A DNA stretch of 64,000 bases, taken from a virus (taxonomy: Duplodnaviria > Caudoviricetes). The DNA is taken from the IMG/VR virus record IMGVR_UViG_3300047157_000186. The stretch is one strand, 5' to 3'. This document shows, piece by piece, positions 27,805 through 38,183 of this stretch. The translations under genes and the position numbers were made by a program. Position 1 is the first letter of the stretch; every line of letters starts with the position of its first letter. Under the pieces are notes generated by a model that was not told the DNA's origin, did not search any database, and worked only from the letters and a program-made list of their open reading frames with translations.

Positions 27805-29848
27805 ATGTCATTAGCAGACGGATACGAAAACGAGAAAAATAGAAAAGGAAGTTCAAAGAAAAAAACTACTCCATTCTTAGATGAATTTGGGGAAGATTTA
27901 ACTTTGGCAGCATCTGAAGGTAAATTAGACCCGATTATCGGGAGAGATAAAGAGATTTATAGAATTTGCCAGATATTAGCTCGTAGAAAGAAAAATAATC
28001 CTATTATATTAGGTGACCCAGGAGTTGGTAAAACTGCAATTGTTGAAGCAATTGCTCAACGAATTATTGATAAGAAAGTTGCAAGAGTTTTGATAAACAA
28101 ACGACTTATCTCTATCAACATGACAACTATTGTTGCAGGAACCAAATATCGTGGAGAATTTGAAGAGAGAATGAAAAACATTGTCGAAGAACTTAAAAAC
28201 AATGACAATATTATTGTATTCATCGATGAATTACACACTATTGTTGGTGCAGGTGGAGTGAGTGGTGCATTAGATGCATCAAACATTCTTAAACCAGCTT
28301 TAGCAAGAGGACAAGTTCAATGTATCGGTGCAACAACATTAGATGAATATAGAGAAAACGTTGAAGATGATGGAGCACTTACTCGTAGATTCCAAGAAGT
28401 GTTTGTAGACGCACCATCAGTAGATGATACTATTAATATATTAATGCGTATCAAACATAACTACGAAGAATATCACTCTGTAGAATACACAGATGAAGCA
28501 ATTGACGCATGTGTTAGAATGAGTGATCGTTACATTAAACAACGTGAATTACCTGATAAAGCTATTGATTTATTAGATGAGGCTGGAGCAAGAACACATT
28601 TATTAGAAGTTAAAGTTCCTTCAAGAATCAAAACACTTGAGAAGCAAGCTGAAGAAATAAAATCAGAAAAGAAAGCTGCAGTTGAAAAACAAGATTATGA
28701 AGTTGCAGCGAGACTTAGAGATGATCAAATTTCTATAGAAAGCAGAATATTAAGTGAGACTAAAGATTGGGAAGAATCTCTTAAGAAATCAAAAAGACAA
28801 ATTAATATTTCAGACATAGCTGAAACTATTTCAACACAAACAGGAATTCCTGTTAATAAATTAGGAACTGATGATCTTAAGATGATTAAAGCAATGTCTT
28901 CAGAAATCAAGAATATGATTATCGGCCAAGACAGAGCAGTAGATGCATTATGTAAAGTAATTAAAAGATCTAGAACTGGAGTTGCAAGTCACAAAAAACC
29001 AAGTGGTTCATTTATGTTTTTAGGTCCAACTGGTGTTGGTAAAACTGAAACAGTCAAAGCCCTAGCAGAATATATGTTCGGAGATACTGATGCAATGATT
29101 AGAATTGATATGTCAGAGTATCAAGAAAAGTTTAATGTATCTAGATTGATTGGAGCTCCTCCGGGATATGTAGGTCATGAAGATGGTGGTCAATTAACTG
29201 AAGCAGTAAGACGTAAACCTTATTCTGTAGTCTTATTCGATGAGGTTGAAAAAGCACACCCAGATATTTTCAATACTTGCTTCAAGTCTTAGATGAAGGT
29301 AGATTAACAGATTCTAATGGTAGAGTTGTAGACTTTACAATACACTATCATTGTAATGACATCTAATGTTGGTGCAAGAAAGGTTGCAGACTTTGGAACT
29401 GGTATTGGATTCTCAACCTCAAATCTAATGTTGCAGAAGACAAGCAAAAAGATGGATGGTATTATTAAGAAAGAATTAAAGAATAAATTTAGTCCTGAAT
29501 TTTTAAATAGATTAGATGATATTATTTTATTTGACCAATTACAATCTGAGACATTTTAAAAATTGTAGATATTGAACTTAATAATTTTATTGAAAGAATG
29601 TCAATAGAAGATTATACATTTAAGTTTCTAAACCAGCAAAAGATTTTTAGCTAAAAGAAGGTTACGATCAAGCATATGGTGCAAGACCCATTAAAAGAGC
29701 TATTCAAAGATATGTTGAAGATATAGTTGCTGATGCAATACTAGATGCTTTGACAAAAGGTAAAGAATATACTATTACAAAAAACAAAGACGAAGATAAA
29801 CTAACTTTAGTAAATTATCATATAATAACTACTATAAACACAAGGTAA
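27805..29848 (+). CDS. clpC: ClpC/ClpB-type AAA+ chaperone lacking the N-domain, with UVR M-domain; C-terminal part broken by several indels (29277-29660)
   Basis: Walker A GDPGVGKT and GPTGVGKT; IDELH; [11 protein letters not shown]; [11 protein letters not shown]; RIDMSEY; GYVG; PEFLNRLD; YGARP. The end coordinate depends on manual frame correction. Confidence 0.85.
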
Positions 29849-30703
29849 ATGACAGACTTTTCAAAAACATTCAAAGAACTAATAACACAAATTGATATAC
29901 ACGGCGATGTATCGAAACCAAGAGATTTAGAAGTTAAAGAACTTCTTCTAAATAGAGTTGATATAAATCCAACAAAACCTATTGCTCATTTTGAAGCAAG
30001 ATCTTTTAATTGGAAATACTTTGCAGGTGAAATGGCATGGTATTTACACAGAGATACAGATGTAGATTATATAGGTCAATACTCTGGAATGTGGTCTACA
30101 TTAACAAATCCAGGTACTAATGAAATCAATTCAAATTATGGTGCATTAGTTCTTAATACAGAACAAATAGGTTGGGTTGTAGATTCACTTTTAGCCGATG
30201 ACAATAGTCGTCAAGCTATTATGTTTTTTAATCAACCTAAGTTTCAATTTAAAGGCAATAAAGATTTCGTATGTACAATGTATGCAAACTTTTTTATTAG
30301 AAATAATAAATTAAACATGAAAATACAAATGAGATCTAATGATATATTTTATGGTCTTACTTTTGATGCACCGTTCTTTTCATTTTTAATGCAATCAGTT
30401 TATTTGATTCTTAAAAAACATGACAAATACAAAGATTTAGAGTTAGGTACATATCATCACTTTGCAGATAACATTCATTTTTATGAAAGACATTTTGAAT
30501 TAGCAAAGAAAATTAAATCTGAAGATGATGCACTAGAATCTAATATTAATACATTAATTTTAGAAAAACCATTAGTAGATTATAATGGCACAGATGTGTT
30601 CTTAACCGATGAAGGTCTCGAGTTTACACAAAGATTAGATCAAGCACAAGGATCAAAAGAAGTTAATTACAAAAACATTTTAAAAGATTATTTTACAATA
30701 TAA
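29849..30703 (+). CDS. Thymidylate-synthase-family dCMP hydroxymethylase-like enzyme (T4 gp42-like)
   Basis: INSNYG, DFVCT, MRSND, and Asp (GLTFD) at the position that is Asn (GLPFN) in ThyA. Confidence 0.72.
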   Translation: MTDFSKTFKELITQIDIHGDVSKPRDLEVKELLLNRVDINPTKPIAHFEARSFNWKYFAGEMAWYLHRDTDVDYIGQYSGMWSTLTNPGTNEINSNYGALVLNTEQIGWVVDSLLADDNSRQAIMFFNQPKFQFKGNKDFVCTMYANFFIRNNKLNMKIQMRSNDIFYGLTFDAPFFSFLMQSVYLILKKHDKYKDLELGTYHHFADNIHFYERHFELAKKIKSEDDALESNINTLILEKPLVDYNGTDVFLTDEGLEFTQRLDQAQGSKEVNYKNILKDYFTI

Positions 30704-30704
30704 T

Positions 30705-31010
30705 ATGGAACCACCTAAAATATACATAGATCCTCAGAGAATTCTGGCAGAAGATTTTGAAAAGGTTTTGATTTCTAAATATGATATATTTTACAGGCGT
30801 ATTGTCGAATATATACTAAACATAATAGAAAACAAAGAAGAATCTAATATACTAGCAATTCTTGTAGATGATGAAGGTAGAGAATATGATATGACATTAC
30901 CAAGAGATGGTTACGAGAAATCATTATTCAAAGCTAAAGAATACTTTACAATGATAGAAGAATATGAGACGTGTGATCTAATTAAACAAATACAAAAACA
31001 AATAGCTTAA
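30705..31010 (+). CDS. Hypothetical protein with C-terminal UVR-like motif
   Basis: YFTMIEEYETCDLI. Confidence 0.6.
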   Translation: MEPPKIYIDPQRILAEDFEKVLISKYDIFYRRIVEYILNIIENKEESNILAILVDDEGREYDMTLPRDGYEKSLFKAKEYFTMIEEYETCDLIKQIQKQIA

Positions 31011-31699
31011 TGAATTACTACCCAAATGATAAAGAATTTCAAAGATTTGCAAAATCTGAGTTTAATATAAGTGGATCTCACATAGATCGGTTTTCTAAAC
31101 ATGTTGAAAAACAAAACTCAATGACGCCATATATTCTTGAAGAAAGAGAAATGAGAGTTACTCAAATGGATATATTTTCTAGATTGATGGCCGATAGATT
31201 ATTGTGGGTTGCAGGTCCAGTTAATGATGCTATGAGTACTGTTGTTCAAGCACAATTAATGTTTCTATCTAATAATGCAGCAGATGATATCACAATGCAT
31301 ATTGATTCTCCAGGTGGATCAGTTAAATCAGGATTATCTATGGTGGACGTGATGGAATATATACCTTGTGATATACGTACAGTTAACACTGGAATGGCAG
31401 CTTCAATGGGATCAGTATTATTAGGAGCTGGAACAAAGGGTAAAAGAGCGTCACTTAGACACTCAACTACAATGTTACATCAATCTTCAGGAGGATTCAG
31501 TGGAAATATTCAAGACGCTGAGGTTGATTGGGCAGAGTGGAAAAAAGTAAATGTAGAATTATTTAATTTACTAGGAGAGTATTGCGGAAAGAAACCAGAA
31601 AGAGTAATGAAAGATGCAACACGTGATTTTTGGTTAAATGCAGAAGAAGCAGTTAAGTATGGAATCATAGACGAAATCATAAAACCAAAACAAAGTTAA
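31010..31699 (+). CDS. clpP: ATP-dependent Clp protease proteolytic subunit
   Basis: MDIFSRL, IDSPGGSV, AASMGS (catalytic Ser), MLHQ, RD.WL.AEEA..YG.ID. Confidence 0.92.
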   Translation: MNYYPNDKEFQRFAKSEFNISGSHIDRFSKHVEKQNSMTPYILEEREMRVTQMDIFSRLMADRLLWVAGPVNDAMSTVVQAQLMFLSNNAADDITMHIDSPGGSVKSGLSMVDVMEYIPCDIRTVNTGMAASMGSVLLGAGTKGKRASLRHSTTMLHQSSGGFSGNIQDAEVDWAEWKKVNVELFNLLGEYCGKKPERVMKDATRDFWLNAEEAVKYGIIDEIIKPKQS

Positions 31700-31709
31700 T
31701 ATATAGATT

Positions 31710-32033
31710 ATGGCGAGTAGACAAAAAACTAAAGAAGTGTTTATTGAGTTGATTAATTTACAACTAAAACCACATGGTAAAACATATAAAGATGTTGTTA
31801 AAGAAAACGACTGGTATATGAAGTATAATACTACTAGAGAAAAGGAAGCATTGTTTATTAAAGAAGCAACTAAAATACTTAAAACAAAATTAAGAATGAG
31901 TAAAGCAGTTGCTGAAAAAGAAATCAGTTGGTTTATTTTACAGTGGGGATTAACTACAAATGCTGAAAATTATTCTGAAGAAACAACATTAGTAAAATCA
32001 AAATCTAAAAACACTAGAAAGAAGAGTAAATAA
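31710..32033 (+). CDS. Hypothetical basic protein
   Basis: ORF track. Confidence 0.65.
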   Translation: MASRQKTKEVFIELINLQLKPHGKTYKDVVKENDWYMKYNTTREKEALFIKEATKILKTKLRMSKAVAEKEISWFILQWGLTTNAENYSEETTLVKSKSKNTRKKSK

Positions 32034-32052
32034 TATAGGAATATTATAATAT

Positions 32053-32091
32053 AAAAAAAGGACATTATTAATTAAGATAATGTCCTTTTTT
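32053..32091 (+). terminator. Rho-independent terminator (bidirectional-type)
   Basis: AAAAAAAGGACATTAT ... ATAATGTCCTTTTTT. Confidence 0.75.
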
Positions 32092-32126
32092 AGTTTTTAT
32101 ACAATAGGCAATATGATAAATACAGT

Positions 32127-32834
32127 ATGAGTATTAAAACTAAAATACCGAAATGGTTTAATGAAGGACCAAATGATATTGAGTATCGCACATATAAATT
32201 AAAAAGTGCTGTTTCAAATATTAAGGCTACATTAGAATCAGGTGAATTAATTCCAGCATTGTTTGAAATAGACGATACGTTGGATTACTTATATAGATAT
32301 GACGCTGTTAGAATAACACAAAATCCAAATCCAATAGATCAAATAGTAAGTGGATTTGAAATTCCAGGATTAGAGATATTTTTTCCGGAAGAAGATTTAG
32401 AAACAGACGATGTATTAGATTCTATATTGGATGAAGCTATTGATGCGTTCGAAGAACTTCATTCAATGTGCAGAGAAAGATGGAGGCTGATTGAAGAAGG
32501 AACTTCATGTGTATATGTACCAAGTAAAAAGTACTTCTTAAACGATGGTTTTGTGTTTATTAAAACACCTGATAATATGTTACATGTATATCATTTTGTA
32601 AAACCAAATAAATATTTTACTAAAGATTGGAAAAAGTTTAATATGACACATATACAGTCTGAAAAATGGTCAGAAAATATTTATTTTAGTAGAATAGAAG
32701 AATTAATATCTAAAGATCCAGATAAAATAATAATCAGAACCGATTGCAAAACAGAAACAATATTAGAAAATAACGCAATAGGTGTAATTAATCAAATGAT
32801 ATTTTCTATGCTACATAGAGACTACTCATTTTAA
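32127..32834 (+). CDS. Hypothetical protein
   Basis: ORF track. Confidence 0.7.
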   Translation: MSIKTKIPKWFNEGPNDIEYRTYKLKSAVSNIKATLESGELIPALFEIDDTLDYLYRYDAVRITQNPNPIDQIVSGFEIPGLEIFFPEEDLETDDVLDSILDEAIDAFEELHSMCRERWRLIEEGTSCVYVPSKKYFLNDGFVFIKTPDNMLHVYHFVKPNKYFTKDWKKFNMTHIQSEKWSENIYFSRIEELISKDPDKIIIRTDCKTETILENNAIGVINQMIFSMLHRDYSF

Positions 32835-32873
32835 CACTGATATATAAACCAAAGAAAAAAACATAATAACAAC

Positions 32874-35800
32874 ATGCCAACTGTTTCAAATCAAAACTTA
32901 ATCGTAGTATTACCAGAATTAGCTAGGATAGTTAGAGGACAATCATCAAGTATTGGAATCACACTACACCAAGACCACGTAGGTAATCAACTAAACATCG
33001 GGGTAACCGATAACGTAATCGTAGATGTTTATAACGCTGAAAATCAATTAATATATTCAGTAAGTAAATCTAATGGTACCTTATTATTTGGTGCTGCAAA
33101 TACTGATTTACGAGGTGCTATATCACTTGAATTTAGTGCAGAACAAACTGCTGCATTACCATTTGGAGATTTAAATTTCCATGGTGCTATTAAATGTAAA
33201 ATCACAGTAGTTAGAGGAATTACACAAACACAACTACCAACATTAAAACTTGCCAACATCTATGATGCTGGTGATAAAATAGGTGATATAGTTGCAAGTA
33301 GATTCACATTACCAGGTGCTGTATATAAAGTTAAGTCTTTAAGTTCTACAGACAAACCTGCAGGAGGAGAATTAGTTGTAAATGATGAAGATCCTAATGG
33401 TGTTACTAAAATTAGAATTGCTTTAACAGACGATAAAGGATATAGAAATAATTATTTAGAGTCTATATTATTAAATAGAATCAATGTTGACGGAGTTAAA
33501 GTTTCTTTATTCTTAACTAACGTAAATAACAATAGTGAATATTCTGTATTTGAAATCAAAAGCTGGTCATATGTAGATGTATTAAATGTTAATCCTAGTA
33601 ATCCAATAAACAACGATTCAAGTGATGCTATTGAATTACAAGTACAATCAGAAGGAAATTCATTTATCCCTGGATCTGATTACAAGATCGGAGTAGGTGA
33701 TGAACTTGGTATATTTAGTGAATCTTATTCTTCACCTTCAGGTATTTCAATTATACCACAAGGCGCTGTAGCTATTGACGATGTTAATAGTCTTACGTTT
33801 TCAGGAGGTGCAGTTATTAATAATTTAAATGACGGAAAAGTTGAAGTTGTTTTCCCTTCAGTAACAGTTACAACTTCTGGAACATCTGGTTCTTCAGGAA
33901 TTGATGGTTCTTCAGGAATTGATGGTGCTAAAGGTGATCAAGGTGATGCTGGTGTTCAAGGTGAACAAGGTATAAGAGGATTAGATGGAACTTCAGGTAA
34001 AGATGGTGAAACTGGTGGAACTGGAGCACAAGGTCAAGACGGAACTTCAGGCACTGATGGAACAAGCGGAGTTGATGGAGCGCAAGGTCTAAGAGGATTA
34101 GATGGAACTTCAGGTAAAGACGGTTTAGCTGGAACATCTGGTATTAATGGAATTAACGGTCAAGCTGGAACTTCAGGACTTGATGGTGCTAAAGGTGACG
34201 ATGGAACTTCAGGTATTAACGGAGTTAATGGAGTTAATGGAGTTGACGGTGCTAAAGGTGATCAAGGTGAACAAGGTAATCAAGGACCGCAAGGACCTAA
34301 AGGAGATAAAGGTGACGCTGGAGCTAAAGGTGATATAGGTAATGCTGGAACATCTGGTATTAGTGGAACATCAGGAATTAATGGAACATCAGGAATTGAT
34401 GGAACAAGCGGAGTTAATGGAGTTGACGGTGTACAAGGTCTTAAAGGTGATCAAGGTGCAAGAGGTAATGACGGAACATCAGGTAAAGATGGAGCCAATG
34501 GAGTTGATGGAAACCATGGAACTTCAGGAGTTTCAGGTTCTTCAGGAGTTGATGGAACATCAGGTAAAGATGGAATAAACGGAAACGATGGAGCTAAAGG
34601 TGACAGAGGTGATCAAGGACTTCCAGGAAATAATGGTAACGATGGAACTTCAGGAGTTAACGGAACTTCAGGAGTTAACGGAACAAGTGGAGTTGACGGT
34701 GCTAAAGGTGATCAAGGTAATATTGGTAACAATGGTGTAGACGGAACTTCAGGAATTAGTGGAACATCTGGTATTGACGGAACTTCAGGAGTTAATGGAG
34801 TTGACGGAAACGACGGAACTTCAGGTGTTGATGGAACATCAGGAATTAATGGAGCTAAAGGTGATCAAGGTGATCAAGGACCTAAAGGTGATCAAGGCGA
34901 CGCTGGAGCTAATGGAGTTGACGGAAACAATGGAACTTCAGGAGTTAGTGGAACATCTGGTATTGACGGAACTTCAGGAGTTAATGGAGTTGACGGAAAC
35001 GACGGAACTTCAGGACTTTCTGGAACATCAGGAATTAATGGAACATCAGGAATTGATGGAGTTAAAGGTGATCAAGGTGACGCTGGAACTTCTGGAATTA
35101 ATGGAGTTAAAGGTGATCAAGGTGACGCTGGAACTTCAGGAGTTGATGGAACTTCAGGTGTTGATGGTGGCACTGGAACTTCAGGAGTTGATGGAACATC
35201 AGGAATTAATGGAGCTAAAGGTGATCAAGGTGACGCTGGAACTTCAGGAGTTGATGGAACTTCAGGTGTCGATGGAACTTCAGGTGCCGATGGTGGCGCT
35301 GGAACTTCAGGAGTTGATGGAACATCAGGAATTAATGGAGCTAAAGGTGATCAAGGTGACGCTGGAACTTCAGGAGTTAATGGAACATCTGGAACAAATG
35401 GAACTTCAGGAGTTAATGGAACATCAGGAATTAATGGAGTTAAAGGTGATCAAGGTGACGCTGGAACTTCAGGTATTGATGGTGTTGACGGAGCTAATGG
35501 ATCCACTGGACCACAAGGACCGGAAGGGCCGCAAGGGCCGACAGGAGCATCAGGTGCAAATGGATCTGGAATTGCAGGTGGAGGAACAACAGGACAAGCA
35601 CTTGTTAAATCTTCAAATGTTGATTACGAAGTTGAATGGTCAGACGTTGCAACTGGATCAGGTGGAACTTATTACTGTGTAAGAGCAGAATATACTTCAA
35701 CGCAAGCTTTAGGTGGATGTGAATTTATCGATCCAAGTGGATCAGGTGTATTTGAAACATCTAACGCAACTATAGGAACACGTGCTGGTGATAATCAAGA

Positions 35801-36119
35801 ATTTTCATTCAGTGGTCAAAATCAACCACCAAGAGCAATTCTTGTATATGCATATCAAGCCAACAATTCAAGATACGTTATAACGCATTTAGATGGTGGT
35901 GGTAACAACGCATCATTCTATGCACAAGGTATTACAGAATCTGCACACACATCTAACTTTAGTATTGGTAATCAAGTTACAACTGATTTATTCACTAACT
36001 TCAGTGCAGCTAAAATTAAATTAGATTTAAGTATGGGTAATATTGATGCCATAAGAAATGCTGGTGGATTTGGTCAAACAACTAAAGAAGCTCACGCATT
36101 TATAATATTCAAATTTTAA
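32874..36119 (+). CDS. 1081-aa collagen-like fibre protein rich in G-X-K-G
   Basis: Globular N-part, ~570-aa Gly-X-Y region with about 16 G-X-K-G sites, GTTGQALVKSS motif, C-terminal head. Confidence 0.8.
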   Translation: MPTVSNQNLIVVLPELARIVRGQSSSIGITLHQDHVGNQLNIGVTDNVIVDVYNAENQLIYSVSKSNGTLLFGAANTDLRGAISLEFSAEQTAALPFGDLNFHGAIKCKITVVRGITQTQLPTLKLANIYDAGDKIGDIVASRFTLPGAVYKVKSLSSTDKPAGGELVVNDEDPNGVTKIRIALTDDKGYRNNYLESILLNRINVDGVKVSLFLTNVNNNSEYSVFEIKSWSYVDVLNVNPSNPINNDSSDAIELQVQSEGNSFIPGSDYKIGVGDELGIFSESYSSPSGISIIPQGAVAIDDVNSLTFSGGAVINNLNDGKVEVVFPSVTVTTSGTSGSSGIDGSSGIDGAKGDQGDAGVQGEQGIRGLDGTSGKDGETGGTGAQGQDGTSGTDGTSGVDGAQGLRGLDGTSGKDGLAGTSGINGINGQAGTSGLDGAKGDDGTSGINGVNGVNGVDGAKGDQGEQGNQGPQGPKGDKGDAGAKGDIGNAGTSGISGTSGINGTSGIDGTSGVNGVDGVQGLKGDQGARGNDGTSGKDGANGVDGNHGTSGVSGSSGVDGTSGKDGINGNDGAKGDRGDQGLPGNNGNDGTSGVNGTSGVNGTSGVDGAKGDQGNIGNNGVDGTSGISGTSGIDGTSGVNGVDGNDGTSGVDGTSGINGAKGDQGDQGPKGDQGDAGANGVDGNNGTSGVSGTSGIDGTSGVNGVDGNDGTSGLSGTSGINGTSGIDGVKGDQGDAGTSGINGVKGDQGDAGTSGVDGTSGVDGGTGTSGVDGTSGINGAKGDQGDAGTSGVDGTSGVDGTSGADGGAGTSGVDGTSGINGAKGDQGDAGTSGVNGTSGTNGTSGVNGTSGINGVKGDQGDAGTSGIDGVDGANGSTGPQGPEGPQGPTGASGANGSGIAGGGTTGQALVKSSNVDYEVEWSDVATGSGGTYYCVRAEYTSTQALGGCEFIDPSGSGVFETSNATIGTRAGDNQEFSFSGQNQPPRAILVYAYQANNSRYVITHLDGGGNNASFYAQGITESAHTSNFSIGNQVTTDLFTNFSAAKIKLDLSMGNIDAIRNAGGFGQTTKEAHAFIIFKF

Positions 36120-36132
36120 TAAACTAAACTAA

Positions 36133-36150
36133 GGGCGACTTCGGTCGCCC
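36133..36150. other. GC-rich UUCG tetraloop hairpin
   Basis: GGGCGAC-TTCG-GTCGCCC; no U-tract on the plus strand. Confidence 0.7.
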
Positions 36151-36174
36151 AAATAATAATATAGAAAGCAAACT

Positions 36175-38055
36175 ATGTCAACATTTACACCAATAACCTT
36201 AAACGGAACTGTATCCTCAATTAGTGGCCAATTGGCTTATGGAGAAAACGATGGAACAGGAATGTCTTTACAGAATCAAACTTATAACATAACGATTTCT
36301 GTAAATGCACAATCAACTGGAGATGGTTCCTCTAGAAAAGCAAATGAATATAATGGTATCGATGTTTCTGAAGGAATGTGGATGTCAGATGCTCAAGGTC
36401 AAACAATCTTAAGAATTAAATCAATCTCAGCTAAAACTGAAGGTATTGTAGAATTAATTGCAGAAGATGTAGATATGTTATCTTTTAGATTAAATAACAT
36501 TAATTCTTTTGCACAAGGTGGAGGTATTATTGTATTTAGTAATAATTCTGAAGGAGAAGCAATCATTACTGATACTAGTGCATTTGCTGCAGGAGGTTTA
36601 GATAAAGTACAAAGTAGATTTGTTGTAAACGAAGCTGACGATAGAGTTAAATTTTCACATACTTCTGCACCTGCTGTTGACAAAGGTGATGTAGTAACAA
36701 TTAATGCAAGTGGAGATTTAGTAAAATTTGGAGCAGTTGGTGCTATAAATCAAAAATTAGGTACGGTATTAGATAGTATCAGAAGTGGTAAAGATGTATT
36801 CGTAAAACCATTTAACGATATTATTAGAAATTATAAAAATCCAGAAGCATTAACAGGTTCACCAGGTTCTATTTATTATACAGACTTAAATAATCCAGGT
36901 GAAATCACAACAGTTACTGGAGGTAAAGCAAGTTATTTACAATTAAATAATAAAATAGCTTCTTCTAAAATAGTAGGAACTGCACTTCCAGGATCTAATG
37001 ATGTTGTTATTATTAATGGTAATACTGTACACAACGGTCCTAATGGAGATAGTGTAGCTTCTATTAATGATTTTAAAACAAATATCAATAATCTTGGATT
37101 AGATGTTACTGCGACTGCATCAGCAACTCCAGTAAGTATTCAAGGTGGTGATTTTGAACCTAACTATGCAAGTAATGATTATTATGCTGTAAGTGATTCT
37201 TATATTGTAACAGGTATACAAGGACAGACTCCTGCAATTGGTGAAATTACAATAGGTGATGGTGTAAATCCACCACAGACTATCTTATTTGATAATCCAG
37301 ATGATACATTAAACTTAGGGGATACTTACGATGTAATTTCTCCAACTGCAATATTAGCTAAATTTCAAGCGGCTATTAATGCAGGTGGTTTAGATCTTGT
37401 AGCTGGATTAGTAACTATGTCTGCATATGATGGACAAACTGTAAAAATCTCAACAACGGGATCAGCTACTCAAGTTATTTTAACTAATGTAAATCCAGCA
37501 GCATTTGGTAATAATGTTGTAGGTGCTAACTCATGGACAGGAATTGGAATGTCAGCTACTGTTGGTTCTCCAGTTTTAACTTTGAACAGAGCAGCTGGTG
37601 GTCCAATTGAAATTACTGGTTCACCTATTACTGGTGGATGGATTAATTCTAATGGAGCGGTTTCTTCAAATTCAGGTAGAGTTCCTTATTTATTATTAAT
37701 CGAATCAAGCGGAGGTTCAACAGGATCAACTGCACGTGGTGTTAATACATCTACAGATTTAAATAAAACATCTAATGTTACAGCTAATGATGGAGATTCA
37801 ACAGGAATTAATATAACATATACTCCATTTGATGATTCAGTAGTAACTATTAAAGTAAATGGTATGGAAATTAATTTAGGTGACGGAGTTAAAACAGAAG
37901 CATCTTATTTTTCAAATGACGGTGGAACATCTGCAAGATTAATTGCAGATATTGAAGCTGGAGATACTCTTTACTGGAACGGCTCGATAGCGGGATATGA
38001 GTTAGATGCAACCGATGATATTGACGTTGGATATGAAAAATCTAGCTTAGATTAA
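36175..38055 (+). CDS. Putative virion structural protein (beta-rich)
   Basis: Gly/Thr/Asn-rich; C-terminal VNG...GYEL...DDI.V motif shared with the 38184 ORF. Confidence 0.6.
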   Translation: MSTFTPITLNGTVSSISGQLAYGENDGTGMSLQNQTYNITISVNAQSTGDGSSRKANEYNGIDVSEGMWMSDAQGQTILRIKSISAKTEGIVELIAEDVDMLSFRLNNINSFAQGGGIIVFSNNSEGEAIITDTSAFAAGGLDKVQSRFVVNEADDRVKFSHTSAPAVDKGDVVTINASGDLVKFGAVGAINQKLGTVLDSIRSGKDVFVKPFNDIIRNYKNPEALTGSPGSIYYTDLNNPGEITTVTGGKASYLQLNNKIASSKIVGTALPGSNDVVIINGNTVHNGPNGDSVASINDFKTNINNLGLDVTATASATPVSIQGGDFEPNYASNDYYAVSDSYIVTGIQGQTPAIGEITIGDGVNPPQTILFDNPDDTLNLGDTYDVISPTAILAKFQAAINAGGLDLVAGLVTMSAYDGQTVKISTTGSATQVILTNVNPAAFGNNVVGANSWTGIGMSATVGSPVLTLNRAAGGPIEITGSPITGGWINSNGAVSSNSGRVPYLLLIESSGGSTGSTARGVNTSTDLNKTSNVTANDGDSTGINITYTPFDDSVVTIKVNGMEINLGDGVKTEASYFSNDGGTSARLIADIEAGDTLYWNGSIAGYELDATDDIDVGYEKSSLD

Positions 38056-38090
38056 CATATTATAAAATAGTATAAATAAAATTAAAAATT

Positions 38091-38125
38091 GCGCCGGACA
38101 TAACTAAAAATGTTCGGCGTTTTTT
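38091..38125 (+). terminator. Rho-independent terminator
   Basis: CGCCGGACAT ... ATGTTCGGCG followed by TTTTTT. Confidence 0.75.
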
Positions 38126-38183
38126 ATATATAATATCAAGAGGACAATAATGTCCTTAGGCCTAAAAATAACACATATAAAAC

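Noticed and set aside
34147-35682. Long alternative-frame ORFs (MELQELME...) inside the collagen genes (also 5020-8226 and 42014-43765)
   Set aside because: These are by-products of stop-free GGA-ACT-TCA-GGA-NNN-GAT repeats read in a shifted frame. I saw no independent start context or slippery site.
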